Shown: piece by piece, positions 39,873 through 49,134 of the stretch | Position numbering within the stretch: position 1 is the stretch's first letter | How the letters are laid out: each line of letters begins with the position of its first letter | Origin: Bacteroidota bacterium | Lineage (GTDB): Bacteria; Bacteroidota; Bacteroidia; NS11-12g; UBA9320 | Assembly: GCA_024679565.1 (NCBI GenBank) | Contig: JAIBDD010000010.1 | Coordinates: forward strand, 29,396-93,395 | Reading direction: 5' to 3' | Length of the DNA stretch: 64,000 bases | Notes under the pieces: model-generated | Told to the model about the DNA's origin: nothing | The model's input: only the letters and a program-made list of their open reading frames with translations | Database searches by the model: none | Program-made: the position numbers and the translations under genes

Positions 39873-39970
39873 TTTGTTTATGACTTACGGCAATATTAAT
39901 GAATTCAAATATATAATCTACACTGTCGGTGAAACGGATTTACGATGTTATTCGTCTGGTTTACCACCGG

Positions 39971-41629
39971 TTATTTCGCAAATCTGTTTCCAACCCAAAC
40001 AAAACGTTTGTTGACGTATTCAGGATTTGTAAAACTCGCATTTCCTGCAGGATTACCTCCTGTAACGTGGAAGTCGCTAAACGCCGCATGTTGATTAACA
40101 AATGCTGCTCCTCCAAAGTTGAAGGAAACTGGGGTGAATGTAGCATTCATTGTTTCCTCAATTTGACTCATCATGTCTTCGTCTGTGCAGTACGCTAAAC
40201 AAGTCAGTGCTCCTTTAGTTGCAGCCATAGTTGCCGCAAGTTCTAAAGAGTGATTTCTGTCTTTCGTTTTAACAATAAAAATAATTGGACCGAAACACTC
40301 TTCGCCAAAGGATGAGCTGTTGTTGTAGTCTGTTGCCACAACTCTTGGTGTAAAGAGTCTAGCGTTTTCAAATTCTGGATTAGAGATTTCTTGTCCATCT
40401 AAAACCAAGTCTCCACCAAAACTACCACCATCACTGATACGTTTGATTGTATTGTCATTCTGAATTCCTCCAAGTGTACCTGCACCCATTTTAGGATGAT
40501 TCACTAGTCCTTCTACACCTTTTGCAATGTGTGCAACTACGTCGTCGTAAGATACATGGCCCTCAGCCGTTTCTACACCGCCTTCTGGTACATAAACATT
40601 CTGCGGCGCTGTACACATCTGGCCTGAATATAGAGAGGCAGAAAAGGCAATATTTTGAGCAACAGATTTGATGTCTTTTGGTGAATCTATAATCACACCA
40701 TTAACCCCAGCTTTTTCAGTGAAGGTTATTTTGTCTAAAGATTCAATGTAATCACCAAAGGCGTTTCCACCTGTGTAATCAATAAGGGTTACGTCTTTGT
40801 GTTCTGCCAGTTTTTTGGTTACAGGGTCTTTGGTGGTGTCAACAGCTAATTGAATAACATTAGGGTCGATGTTATGTGCTTTTAAGACTTTTCTCAATTC
40901 TGCGATAACTATTGCGATAGGTAAAACAGCTTTTGGGTGAGGTTTTACGATAACTGGGTTTCCAGTAATTAAACTTGCATACATTCCAGGTACTGTGTTC
41001 CAAGTTGGGAATGTGGAGCAACCAATAACTAAGCCAATACCACGAGGTTGTGCTTTCCATGTTTTGTGTAAAGACAAATCAAATTTCCCCATTGGTTTAA
41101 CCCAATTCACTTCTGAAGGAAAACGGTTTATTTCGTGGTAACCCATTGCGATTGCTTCCAAAGCGCGATCATTTGCATGAGGCCCTGAGGCCTGAAAGGC
41201 CATCATAAAACTTTGACCCGTTGTATGCATGGTGGCGTAGGCTATATCAAAGTAACGTTTCACAACGCACTCCAACGATTCCATTAACAAAGCAGCACGT
41301 TCTTTAACCGCTACATTTTTCCATGAACGAGCAGTGTTTGCATTGGCAATCAATGTGTCCAAGTCAACCTGAGGGTAGCTCACGCCTATCCCAGTTTGAA
41401 AATATGGCGACACCTCTTCGCTTACCCAATTATCAGCATCTATATCCAATTCGGTGAACTCATGGTTCATAGAAGAAGCAAACCAATTACGTCCGGCTTC
41501 ATTATCTTCTGCTGGGTATGCTTTTGGGTGTTCAGGATATGGAGTGAAATAATCTCGTGTATGCAAAGCCGCCACCGCTTTCTCTAGCAATTCGGCATGT
41601 TTCTCGTATAAACTCATCGCTGTTGTCAT
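39971..41629 (-). CDS. paaN: PaaN-like aldehyde dehydrogenase family protein
   Basis: HTTGQ.FMMAFQA.GPHA.DR.LEA, IGCSTFPTWN, DYTGG, LYSGQMCTAPQN, FSDFH.TG.NPA. Confidence 0.85.
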   Translation of the reverse strand: MTTAMSLYEKHAELLEKAVAALHTRDYFTPYPEHPKAYPAEDNEAGRNWFASSMNHEFTELDIDADNWVSEEVSPYFQTGIGVSYPQVDLDTLIANANTARSWKNVAVKERAALLMESLECVVKRYFDIAYATMHTTGQSFMMAFQASGPHANDRALEAIAMGYHEINRFPSEVNWVKPMGKFDLSLHKTWKAQPRGIGLVIGCSTFPTWNTVPGMYASLITGNPVIVKPHPKAVLPIAIVIAELRKVLKAHNIDPNVIQLAVDTTKDPVTKKLAEHKDVTLIDYTGGNAFGDYIESLDKITFTEKAGVNGVIIDSPKDIKSVAQNIAFSASLYSGQMCTAPQNVYVPEGGVETAEGHVSYDDVVAHIAKGVEGLVNHPKMGAGTLGGIQNDNTIKRISDGGSFGGDLVLDGQEISNPEFENARLFTPRVVATDYNNSSSFGEECFGPIIFIVKTKDRNHSLELAATMAATKGALTCLAYCTDEDMMSQIEETMNATFTPVSFNFGGAAFVNQHAAFSDFHVTGGNPAGNASFTNPEYVNKRFVWVGNRFAK

Positions 41630-41784
41630 AGTGGGCAAATTTACATAAATGCTATATCTTATATTGGTTTTATGACACCAAAACTAATTGACTGTTATGG
41701 TGGGAAATGTCAGCCAAAATAAATTGAAGTAGAAATGTCATTTTATAAAACTTCTACTATATTGCCGCTCGATAGTAGTCTAAT

Positions 41785-42471
41785 ATGCCAGGTAAAATAA
41801 ACATAGCGATTGATGGCCATTCCAGTTGTGGAAAGGGAACATTGGCTAAAAACATAGCGAAGGAGCTAGGCTATATGTTTATAGATTCGGGCGCTATGTA
41901 TCGTGCAGTTACGTTGTATTTGTTAGATAACGAAATTGGCTTAGATGAAGTAGAACAGAATCCTGGACTTTTATTGGATATTGATATTGACTTTCGTTTA
42001 GATCCGATGAAGGGATTTTACAATACTTTTTTAAATGGAGAGAGTGTAGAAGGTGAGATTCGAGGTATGCGCGTGTCTAAGTGGGTAAGTGAGGTGAGTG
42101 CTGTAAAACAGATTCGAGAGTTTTTGGTTAATAAACAAAAACACATGGGTGCTGAAAAAGGTGTTGTAATGGACGGGCGTGACATTGGAACAGTTGTATT
42201 TCCTGATGCGGAGCTGAAAATTTTTATGACCGCCGAACCAATGGTAAGAGCCAAACGGCGTTACCTTGATCTAAAAAGCAAAAACATCGTTGCCGATCTT
42301 CAAGAAATTTACGAAAACGTGCTCCACCGCGATCGCTTCGATTCAACACGTGAGATAAGTCCTTTGATGCAAGCACCAGATGCGATAGTTTTAAATAATA
42401 CAGAAATGACGCGCGAGGAGCAAGCACGTATTGCCTTAACGTGGGCGAAGGGTGTAATTATGGCAAGTTGA
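41785..42471 (+). CDS. cmk: Cytidylate kinase
   Basis: IAIDGHSSCGKGT, DSGAMYRA, MDGRDIGTVVFP. Confidence 0.96.
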   Translation: MPGKINIAIDGHSSCGKGTLAKNIAKELGYMFIDSGAMYRAVTLYLLDNEIGLDEVEQNPGLLLDIDIDFRLDPMKGFYNTFLNGESVEGEIRGMRVSKWVSEVSAVKQIREFLVNKQKHMGAEKGVVMDGRDIGTVVFPDAELKIFMTAEPMVRAKRRYLDLKSKNIVADLQEIYENVLHRDRFDSTREISPLMQAPDAIVLNNTEMTREEQARIALTWAKGVIMAS

Positions 42472-44209
42472 GTGAGGTGATCTTGCTCGCTATACCGTCA
42501 GCGTCTAATCCATACATATGCAGTAATTCTTCTCTACTGGCATGGTCAATGAATTCATCAGGGTAGCCTAAAACATGCACTTTCCCGTTGTAGCCTTTTT
42601 CGTGGGCATACGAAACGATTGCTGATCCAAAACCTCCAGTTTTAGCTCCGTCCTCGACAGTAACGACACAATCAAAGTTGTCTAAAATATTGTCAATGCT
42701 TTTGGTGTCTAAGGGCTTTACGAAACGAGCATTTATTACTTGAACCGATACATCGTTTTCGAGGAGAATTTCAGCAGCCTGCATCGCCTCATCCAATAGT
42801 GTACCTAATGCTATAATGCAACAGTCTTTTCCTGTTTTTGTTACGACACTTTCTCCAATGTTTAAGGCTTTAAATGGGACATTCCAAGGTTGGTTACCAC
42901 CAGACCCTTTTGGATAACGTATTATCACCGGCTGTTTGCAATCCACTGCAGTGTACATCATCTGCCGGAGTTCAGCATTATTCGCTGGCGCCATAATGAT
43001 GCAATTTGGAATAGCTTGGGCTAAGGAAATGTCAAATACGCCATGGTGAGTAGCCCCGTCTTCTCCAACTACTCCTGCTCGGTCTAAGCAAAAAATAACA
43101 GGCAGATTTTGCAGACATACATCATGGATAAACTGATCTAAGCCACGCTGAAAAAAGGTACTGTAAATATTGCAGAACGGAATCATACCGTTTGTTGCAA
43201 GCCCAGCCGAGAAAGTAATGGCGTGTTGTTCGGCAATACCGACATCAAAGCATTGTTCGGGCAATGCGTCCATTAATATTTTCATTGAACAACCCGACGG
43301 CATTGCTGGAGTGATTCCAACTATGTTTTTGTTTGATCTGGCTAGCTCTAATAGGGTATGGCCAAAAACATCCTGAAATTTGTCACCAGGACTTGGCGTC
43401 TCAACATCATCAATTTTTACATATTTGACAGAATGCCACTTGGTCTGCTCATTTTCTGCCTGCTTGTACCCTTTTCCTTTAACTGTTTTAACATGCCAAA
43501 TTTTAGGGCCGCTTACTGTAGTTAGATTTTTAAGTTGAGATACAAGAACATCTATATCATGACCATCGCTCGTATGATAATAGGTGAACCCCATGTCGGT
43601 AAAGAAATTTGGGACATCCTTCAGATCATTTAAATATTGGTTCAAAGCACCAGCATTTGGGTCTATTCCCATCTGATTGTCGTTGATCACAATCAAAATA
43701 TTGGTGTGGCTATGTGCCGCGTTGTTTAAGGCTTCCCAAGCCATTCCGCCGGTTAAGCTACCATCTCCAATTACAGCAATGTGCTGTCTTTGTATAGACC
43801 GTAGTTTATCTGCTTCTGCCAAACCTAAAACGGCACTAATCGACGTAGAGGAGTGACCTGTACCAAACACATCGAATTCACTTTCTGATTGCCTCGGGAA
43901 TCCACTCAGTCCATCTTTTTTTCGAATAGTACCAAAGTCAGCTTTTCTTCCAGTCAACACTTTATGCAGGTATGCTTGATGTCCTACATCCCATACCAGT
44001 TGATCTTCTGGGGTATTCAGCACATAGTGCAACGCAACAGTGAGCTCAATGGTGCCTAGATTAGCACTAAAATGACCACCATGTTGTAACACTTCATCTA
44101 TAATGAACTGCCGATAATGTGCACATAACGCTTCCAATTCAGTGCGGTGTGTTTCTCTGAGCTGTTGAAGTTCGAGCGGTATGGTAGGCCTGTTTTTCAA
44201 ACAGGGCAA
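42458..44209 (-). CDS. dxs: 1-deoxy-D-xylulose-5-phosphate synthase
   Basis: GGHF..NLG.IEL, WDVGHQ, GHSSTSIS, GDG..TGG...EA.N, DVGIAEQHA, DRAG.VGEDG.TH; start codon uncertain. Confidence 0.93.
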   Translation of the reverse strand: MPCLKNRPTIPLELQQLRETHRTELEALCAHYRQFIIDEVLQHGGHFSANLGTIELTVALHYVLNTPEDQLVWDVGHQAYLHKVLTGRKADFGTIRKKDGLSGFPRQSESEFDVFGTGHSSTSISAVLGLAEADKLRSIQRQHIAVIGDGSLTGGMAWEALNNAAHSHTNILIVINDNQMGIDPNAGALNQYLNDLKDVPNFFTDMGFTYYHTSDGHDIDVLVSQLKNLTTVSGPKIWHVKTVKGKGYKQAENEQTKWHSVKYVKIDDVETPSPGDKFQDVFGHTLLELARSNKNIVGITPAMPSGCSMKILMDALPEQCFDVGIAEQHAITFSAGLATNGMIPFCNIYSTFFQRGLDQFIHDVCLQNLPVIFCLDRAGVVGEDGATHHGVFDISLAQAIPNCIIMAPANNAELRQMMYTAVDCKQPVIIRYPKGSGGNQPWNVPFKALNIGESVVTKTGKDCCIIALGTLLDEAMQAAEILLENDVSVQVINARFVKPLDTKSIDNILDNFDCVVTVEDGAKTGGFGSAIVSYAHEKGYNGKVHVLGYPDEFIDHASREELLHMYGLDADGIASKITSLNLP

Positions 44210-44230
44210 AGAAACGAAAAACTAACGGTG

Positions 44231-44668
44231 TTAGAGTTTCTTTATCATCTTAAAATGAGGTATCCCAATTTCAAGAAACGACTCTCCAATTTGGTCGTAA
44301 TCTTGCGACAAATAGAAGGCCAAAGCAACCTGTCTTGCATTTAACTCAATGCGAGCAAATCCCATACTCTTGCATAACGACTCGCAAAACTGAACCATTT
44401 GTTTGCCAACACCTTTGCCTTGATAAACTTCTTTGACCGCCACTTGTCGCATTTTCACAAGGTGATCAGACAAAGGGCGAAGCAGCAAAACACCAATGAG
44501 TTGCTCCCCATCTGTAGCAGCAATATGCATTTCGTTGGCATCATTGGTCATGTTTTCTTTGGTGAATTTTAGACCCAGCGGTGTTCGCAGTACATCTTGT
44601 CTTAAAGCAACAGACTCGATGTATTGTTCGGAGTCATATTCTATAAGACCGATTTTGATGGTTGACAT
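44231..44668 (-). CDS. GNAT family N-acetyltransferase (ElaA/YjcF-like)
   Basis: RQVAV...QGKGVG acetyl-CoA motif, LNAR, FY, E.GIPH..M.K. Confidence 0.88.
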   Translation of the reverse strand: MSTIKIGLIEYDSEQYIESVALRQDVLRTPLGLKFTKENMTNDANEMHIAATDGEQLIGVLLLRPLSDHLVKMRQVAVKEVYQGKGVGKQMVQFCESLCKSMGFARIELNARQVALAFYLSQDYDQIGESFLEIGIPHFKMIKKL

Positions 44669-44670
44669 AG

Positions 44671-45513
44671 CTATATAAAATCAGAAAGTGCGAACGTTTG
44701 GTCTGCTTTAAATTTCCCGTTTTCTTGTTTTACGGTGGCACATTCAATATGTAAATCGTGTTCGAAAAACAAGGTGTAGTTCTGATCTATGGCTTCCTTT
44801 AAAAATCGTGCATTTTCATCCATTCTTACAAGCGGGCGGATGTCATACCCCATGGCATAATGCGGGGGTATATGTGCAGCAGAAGGGATCATGTCTGCTG
44901 CAAAAACCAACGTTTTGTCTTGGTATTGGATTTTAGGACACATCATCTTTTCGGTATGTCCGTTAGCCATAATTACCGACATATTTTCTGTTATTTTAAG
45001 GTCTTCTCCAACAAAAGTAAGCTGACCGCTTTCTTGAATCGGTAAGATGTTTTCAGCAATGAATGATGCCTTTTCTCTCGCGTTTGGCTTAATGGCATGA
45101 TTCCAATGCGCTTCGTGGCTCCAGTATTTTGCGTTTTTAAAAACAGGTTCGAGATGTGTTTTACCAGAATTCCATTTTACACTACCACCGCAATGATCGA
45201 AATGCAAGTGTGTGAGCACTACATCAGTAATGTCATTAAAGTCGACACCTGCCGCATGTAATGATTTTTCTAATGAATGGTCTCCGTTGAGATAGTAATA
45301 ACCAAAGAACTTTTCGCTCTGCTTGTTGCCGATGCCATTGTCGATTAATATTAGCCTATTGCCGTCTTCAACCAATAAACAGCGCATAGCCCAATTGCAG
45401 AGATTATTTGCATCGGGTTCGGTGTAGCGCTGCCAAATCACTTTTGGTACAACGCCAAACATAGCTCCTCCGTCCAGTTTAAAGTTTCCGGTATGAATTG
45501 CTGCTAACCTCAT
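44671..45513 (-). CDS. MBL-fold metallo-hydrolase (YtnP-like)
   Basis: FKLDGGAMFGVVPK, THLHFDHCGG, GHT, FEHD. Confidence 0.9.
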   Translation of the reverse strand: MRLAAIHTGNFKLDGGAMFGVVPKVIWQRYTEPDANNLCNWAMRCLLVEDGNRLILIDNGIGNKQSEKFFGYYYLNGDHSLEKSLHAAGVDFNDITDVVLTHLHFDHCGGSVKWNSGKTHLEPVFKNAKYWSHEAHWNHAIKPNAREKASFIAENILPIQESGQLTFVGEDLKITENMSVIMANGHTEKMMCPKIQYQDKTLVFAADMIPSAAHIPPHYAMGYDIRPLVRMDENARFLKEAIDQNYTLFFEHDLHIECATVKQENGKFKADQTFALSDFI

Positions 45514-45516
45514 GGT

Positions 45517-46011
45517 TTAAATAATTACAAATTTTATAACCTTGCTTACGTTTCCAGAAATAACAAAACAGTAATATATGCCAGGTTCGTAGCCTGTTCG
45601 TGCTATACTGAATTGCCTCGATGTTAAGGATAAATAATTTTGGCTAAACATAACATTGCCATAACTATTTCTGATTTGAATCAAAGCAGATCCTTTGTCG
45701 TAAAACTGCAAATACAAAGTGATTGCATCGGCTACAAAGGTTGGGTAAATCGTAGCGAAAATGTAGTCGTTTTGACATACACCTGTGTAGTTAATCTGAT
45801 TGACGCCGCCATTCCTAAACGCCACACATTCGTTTCTATAAGTAACTTGGTCGCAGCCACAAACAGGTATGAAACTAGGGTCATTGCACTGGTAAAAGGG
45901 GTCTACTCTTCCTGGGTCGACACATGGTTGATTGAACTGAGCGACTGCAACGTTGAATAAAAGTAGCAGTCCTAAGACAGATAAACAGTGTTTGAGTAGG
46001 TGCCACTTCAT
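45517..46011 (-). CDS. Small secreted protein with Kazal-like Cys motif and T9SS C-terminal domain
   Basis: Signal peptide; PVCGCD.VTY.NEC.A; IYPT...G...PGIYY...KFVII CTD-like end. Confidence 0.75.
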   Translation of the reverse strand: MKWHLLKHCLSVLGLLLLFNVAVAQFNQPCVDPGRVDPFYQCNDPSFIPVCGCDQVTYRNECVAFRNGGVNQINYTGVCQNDYIFATIYPTFVADAITLYLQFYDKGSALIQIRNSYGNVMFSQNYLSLTSRQFSIARTGYEPGIYYCFVISGNVSKVIKFVII

Positions 46012-46147
46012 TGTTCAAATGTACTTCTCAGATTTCAAAGGTTGGCAACGTTTATTCACGAATGTTGAATCATTTTTTCGTCACAGTAATGAAACGTACC
46101 AACGTTTATAATGTGCAACCCGTGTATAGAGGCAAAAGATAAACAGT

Positions 46148-47090
46148 ATGAAAAAAGTGAAAAATGTATTGATGCTCGTTTCATTATTCGGGATGATGGG
46201 CTGCAACGATGAACTGGTGACTGACGTAACGACTTCTAATCAATCAAACAAAGACAGAGAGTTTGTAGAAACCTTCCTCAGAAAGAAAGCCCCTCAAGCC
46301 CAAAAAAATTAAGCGCAACAGTGATAAGGCAATTGAAATAAGAACAAATGGACAGTTGTTATTTCAATTTGAACCTAATGCTTTTAAAGACAATAAGGGA
46401 AATGTAGTTTCTGGAGACGTGGATATTTCCATTACTGAGTATCTGTCAAACGCAGCTATCATTTATGGTGGAGTAACGACAACGACGGCACAGAAAATCC
46501 TTCAGTCTGGTGGTATGTTTCAGATAAATGTGAGTCAAAATGGGGCGGTTTTGTCATTGAATACCAAACAATATGATGTCCAATTTCCGACCAAATCTGT
46601 CGATTGGTCAATGCGCTTGTTTGAAGGTAAAGAATTGACCAACGAAAACCGTGATCAAGATATTTCGTGGGAAGAAAATTATGATTCTTGGTTGGCTGAC
46701 GATTCCATTAACCGTGATACGGTTTATCGAACAAAACTCGGATTTTTGAACTGGGGTAATCTGGATAAATATCTTCTAAATACCAACGGATCTACTGTTC
46801 ATTTAAAACTGCCAGAGATTTACACGAATAAAAACACATTGGTGTACACCGTATTGGCAGACCGCAGTATTACCTATATGTATTCTAGCCAAGCCAAAAA
46901 GGAGTTTAATTCAAAACAATACAAGTTACCCGCCGACTTAGACTTTAAGATTTTAGTAATATCAAGTGCTGACGGTGTGTTAAAGTATAAACTACTTCAA
47001 TCCAAAGTGGTTCCCAACCATCTAGAAATTGTTACTGCTTTAGATGCAATAAGCCAATCGGATTTGGATAAAATTATTGAAGATATTTAA
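46148..47090 (+). pseudogene. Lipoprotein gene interrupted by a +1 frameshift in an A7 tract
   Basis: 46148-46312 encodes MKKVKNVLMLVSLFGMMG-CNDE...PQAQKN*. Removing one A from 46302-46308 fuses it in frame to the 46356-47090 ORF (313 aa; contains LQSGGMF.I). Confidence 0.75.
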
Positions 47091-47132
47091 GTGCTATTGC
47101 TAGGGTGTGATACACCTTACCAACCGTGAAAT

Positions 47133-47166
47133 AAGTCACTTTCTTTAAAGAAGGTGGCTTTTATTT
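47133..47166 (+). terminator. Probable intrinsic terminator
   Basis: AAGTCACTTTCT-TTAA-AGAAGGTGGCTT stem with G-U pairs, followed by TTATTT. Confidence 0.6.
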
Positions 47167-47189
47167 GTCGAACAAATTACATTTGAGTT

Positions 47190-47741
47190 ATGCGCATTGG
47201 TAATAAAACATACCCAAGCAAACTCAAATCAGAAGTGGAAAAGGCACTGTCGTACTATCCGGAGTTAACAGATGTGCCCATAGAGTTCAAATGGGGGTTA
47301 TTTACACAGCATTCTTTCATGCTTGCTCAACCTAAAATACCAACACTATTTAGAAATAAAGCGAAACGCGAATACCACATTATTATGCGTAAGAAGTTCT
47401 TTCTCAAAAATAAACGTGTGCCTCATATGCGCATACCGTTCAACGTTATTGTAGGTTGGCTGGGCCATGAATTAGGCCACATAATGGATTATAAACCCCG
47501 CACAAATTGGAATTTGACTTGGTTTGGTGTCCGTTATTATTTTAGTAAATCGTTTTTAAAACGCGCTGAAATTGCCGCTGACCGTAATGCAGTAAAACAT
47601 GGATTAATTAAAGAATTGGTCGAGTCCAAAAGGTTTGGAAGAAATCCAAAGTTCTTTCCATGGACTTACATCAATAAATTGAACAAACTATACCCAAGTG
47701 TTGATCAGGTGGTACAATGGGCTGAGGAAGAGTCGAGTTAA
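47190..47741 (+). CDS. Hypothetical protein with HExxH zincin-like motif
   Basis: GWLGHELGHIMDY followed by E..AD..A. Confidence 0.65.
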   Translation: MRIGNKTYPSKLKSEVEKALSYYPELTDVPIEFKWGLFTQHSFMLAQPKIPTLFRNKAKREYHIIMRKKFFLKNKRVPHMRIPFNVIVGWLGHELGHIMDYKPRTNWNLTWFGVRYYFSKSFLKRAEIAADRNAVKHGLIKELVESKRFGRNPKFFPWTYINKLNKLYPSVDQVVQWAEEESS

Positions 47742-49006
47742 TCTATACGATCAAAACCCAAATAAGGCCGTAATACTTCAGGCATTTCAATGCCATTCTC
47801 CGTTTGGTTGTTCTCTAATAGAGCCGCCACAATTCGAGGCAAAGCAAGTGCACTACCATTAAGTGTATGTGCGTACTGCATTTTTCCATCGTCGTTTTTA
47901 AAACGTAATTTTAGACGATTACTTTGGTATGTTTCAAAGCACGAAACTGAGCTGACTTCTAACCATTTCTCTTGTGCCCCTGAATAAACTTCCATGTCGT
48001 ACGTTAAGGCACTCGTAAAGCCCATGTCTCCTCCACATAGCTTTAGTACACGATAATTCAATCCTAGTTTTTGCAATAGGCCTTGTACATATGCGCTCAT
48101 GTCATCCAGTATTTGGTAGGATTGACTTGGATGTGCAATCTGCACGATTTCTACCTTGTCAAATTGGTGAAGTCTGTTCAAACCGCGAACATCCTTTCCA
48201 TAGCTACCAGCTTCACGTCTAAAGCACGGCGTGTAGCCCATATTTTTAATCGGGAAATCTTCTTTTTTTACAATGACATCGCGATACAGGTTGGTAATAG
48301 GCACTTCTGCCGTTGGGATGGCAAAAAGATTATCAACGGTCATATGATACATTTGACCTTCTTTGTCGGGTAATTGACCCGTGCCAAACCCTGATGCTTC
48401 GTTAATGAAAATGGGTGGTTGCACTTCGTTGTATCCGTGTTTCAATCCTTCATCAAGAAAGAAGTTAATTAACGCACGCTGCAATCTTGCACCCTTGCCT
48501 TTGTATACTGGGAAACCAGCACCGGTAACCTTAACACCCAATTCAAAATCGATCAGGTCGTATTGTTCACATAGCTCCCAATGAGGTTTGTTGTGTTTGA
48601 GCTCAGGCATTTCGCCATGCGTAAACACAATTTCGTTGTCTTCTGGCGTTTTTCCAGCAGGCACTAGAGTGCTAGGCACATTTGGAATTTGTGTTAAAAC
48701 GTCTGTTAAATCTGTTATGGCTTGTTTGAGGTCAACTTCTAAGGCTTTGCTCTGATCTTTTATCTCAACGGTTTGCGCTTTCAGCTTTTCAGCCTCTTCA
48801 CGATTTCCTGATTTAAAGCATTCGCCAATTTGTTTAGAAACGGTATTTAAGTTGGCCAATAAATTGTCTAAAGATGTTTGCGTTTGTTTACGCTTGTCAT
48901 CAAGTGCAATAACCTGATTTAATTCGTTCTCGAAACTCTTGCCTCTTTTTGCCAAACGGGTATTAATTCCGTCAAAATCGTTGCGTATATCCTGTACCTG
49001 TAACAT
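47738..49006 (-). CDS. serS: Serine--tRNA ligase
   Basis: N-terminal coiled coil, IPTAEVP, FRREAGS.G, RLHQFDKVE, HTLNGSALA.PR; start at ATG 49006. Confidence 0.97.
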   Translation of the reverse strand: MLQVQDIRNDFDGINTRLAKRGKSFENELNQVIALDDKRKQTQTSLDNLLANLNTVSKQIGECFKSGNREEAEKLKAQTVEIKDQSKALEVDLKQAITDLTDVLTQIPNVPSTLVPAGKTPEDNEIVFTHGEMPELKHNKPHWELCEQYDLIDFELGVKVTGAGFPVYKGKGARLQRALINFFLDEGLKHGYNEVQPPIFINEASGFGTGQLPDKEGQMYHMTVDNLFAIPTAEVPITNLYRDVIVKKEDFPIKNMGYTPCFRREAGSYGKDVRGLNRLHQFDKVEIVQIAHPSQSYQILDDMSAYVQGLLQKLGLNYRVLKLCGGDMGFTSALTYDMEVYSGAQEKWLEVSSVSCFETYQSNRLKLRFKNDDGKMQYAHTLNGSALALPRIVAALLENNQTENGIEMPEVLRPYLGFDRID

Positions 49007-49134
49007 GGTGTGTATTAATACTGCAAAAATCAAACAATTACACTGAACTTTAAAGCAGACATGATGAAAAGTGTATAACAACCTGAGCAATCTTTAAAAT
49101 CTTGATGTTGTATGTTTGCCACACAATCATTTAG

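Noticed and set aside
41772-41779. cmk 5' region (ATAGTAGT) as a base-pairing target of the candidate sRNA
   Set aside because: Only an 8-nt low-complexity complement, expected by chance; it would need IntaRNA/CopraRNA support.
47738-49090. N-terminal extensions in the ORF track for serS (and likewise icmF, the saccharopine dehydrogenase family gene and DUF4159)
   Set aside because: Family homology begins at downstream ATGs (49006, 16190, 53928, 8209), and the extensions overlap promoters or neighbouring genes.
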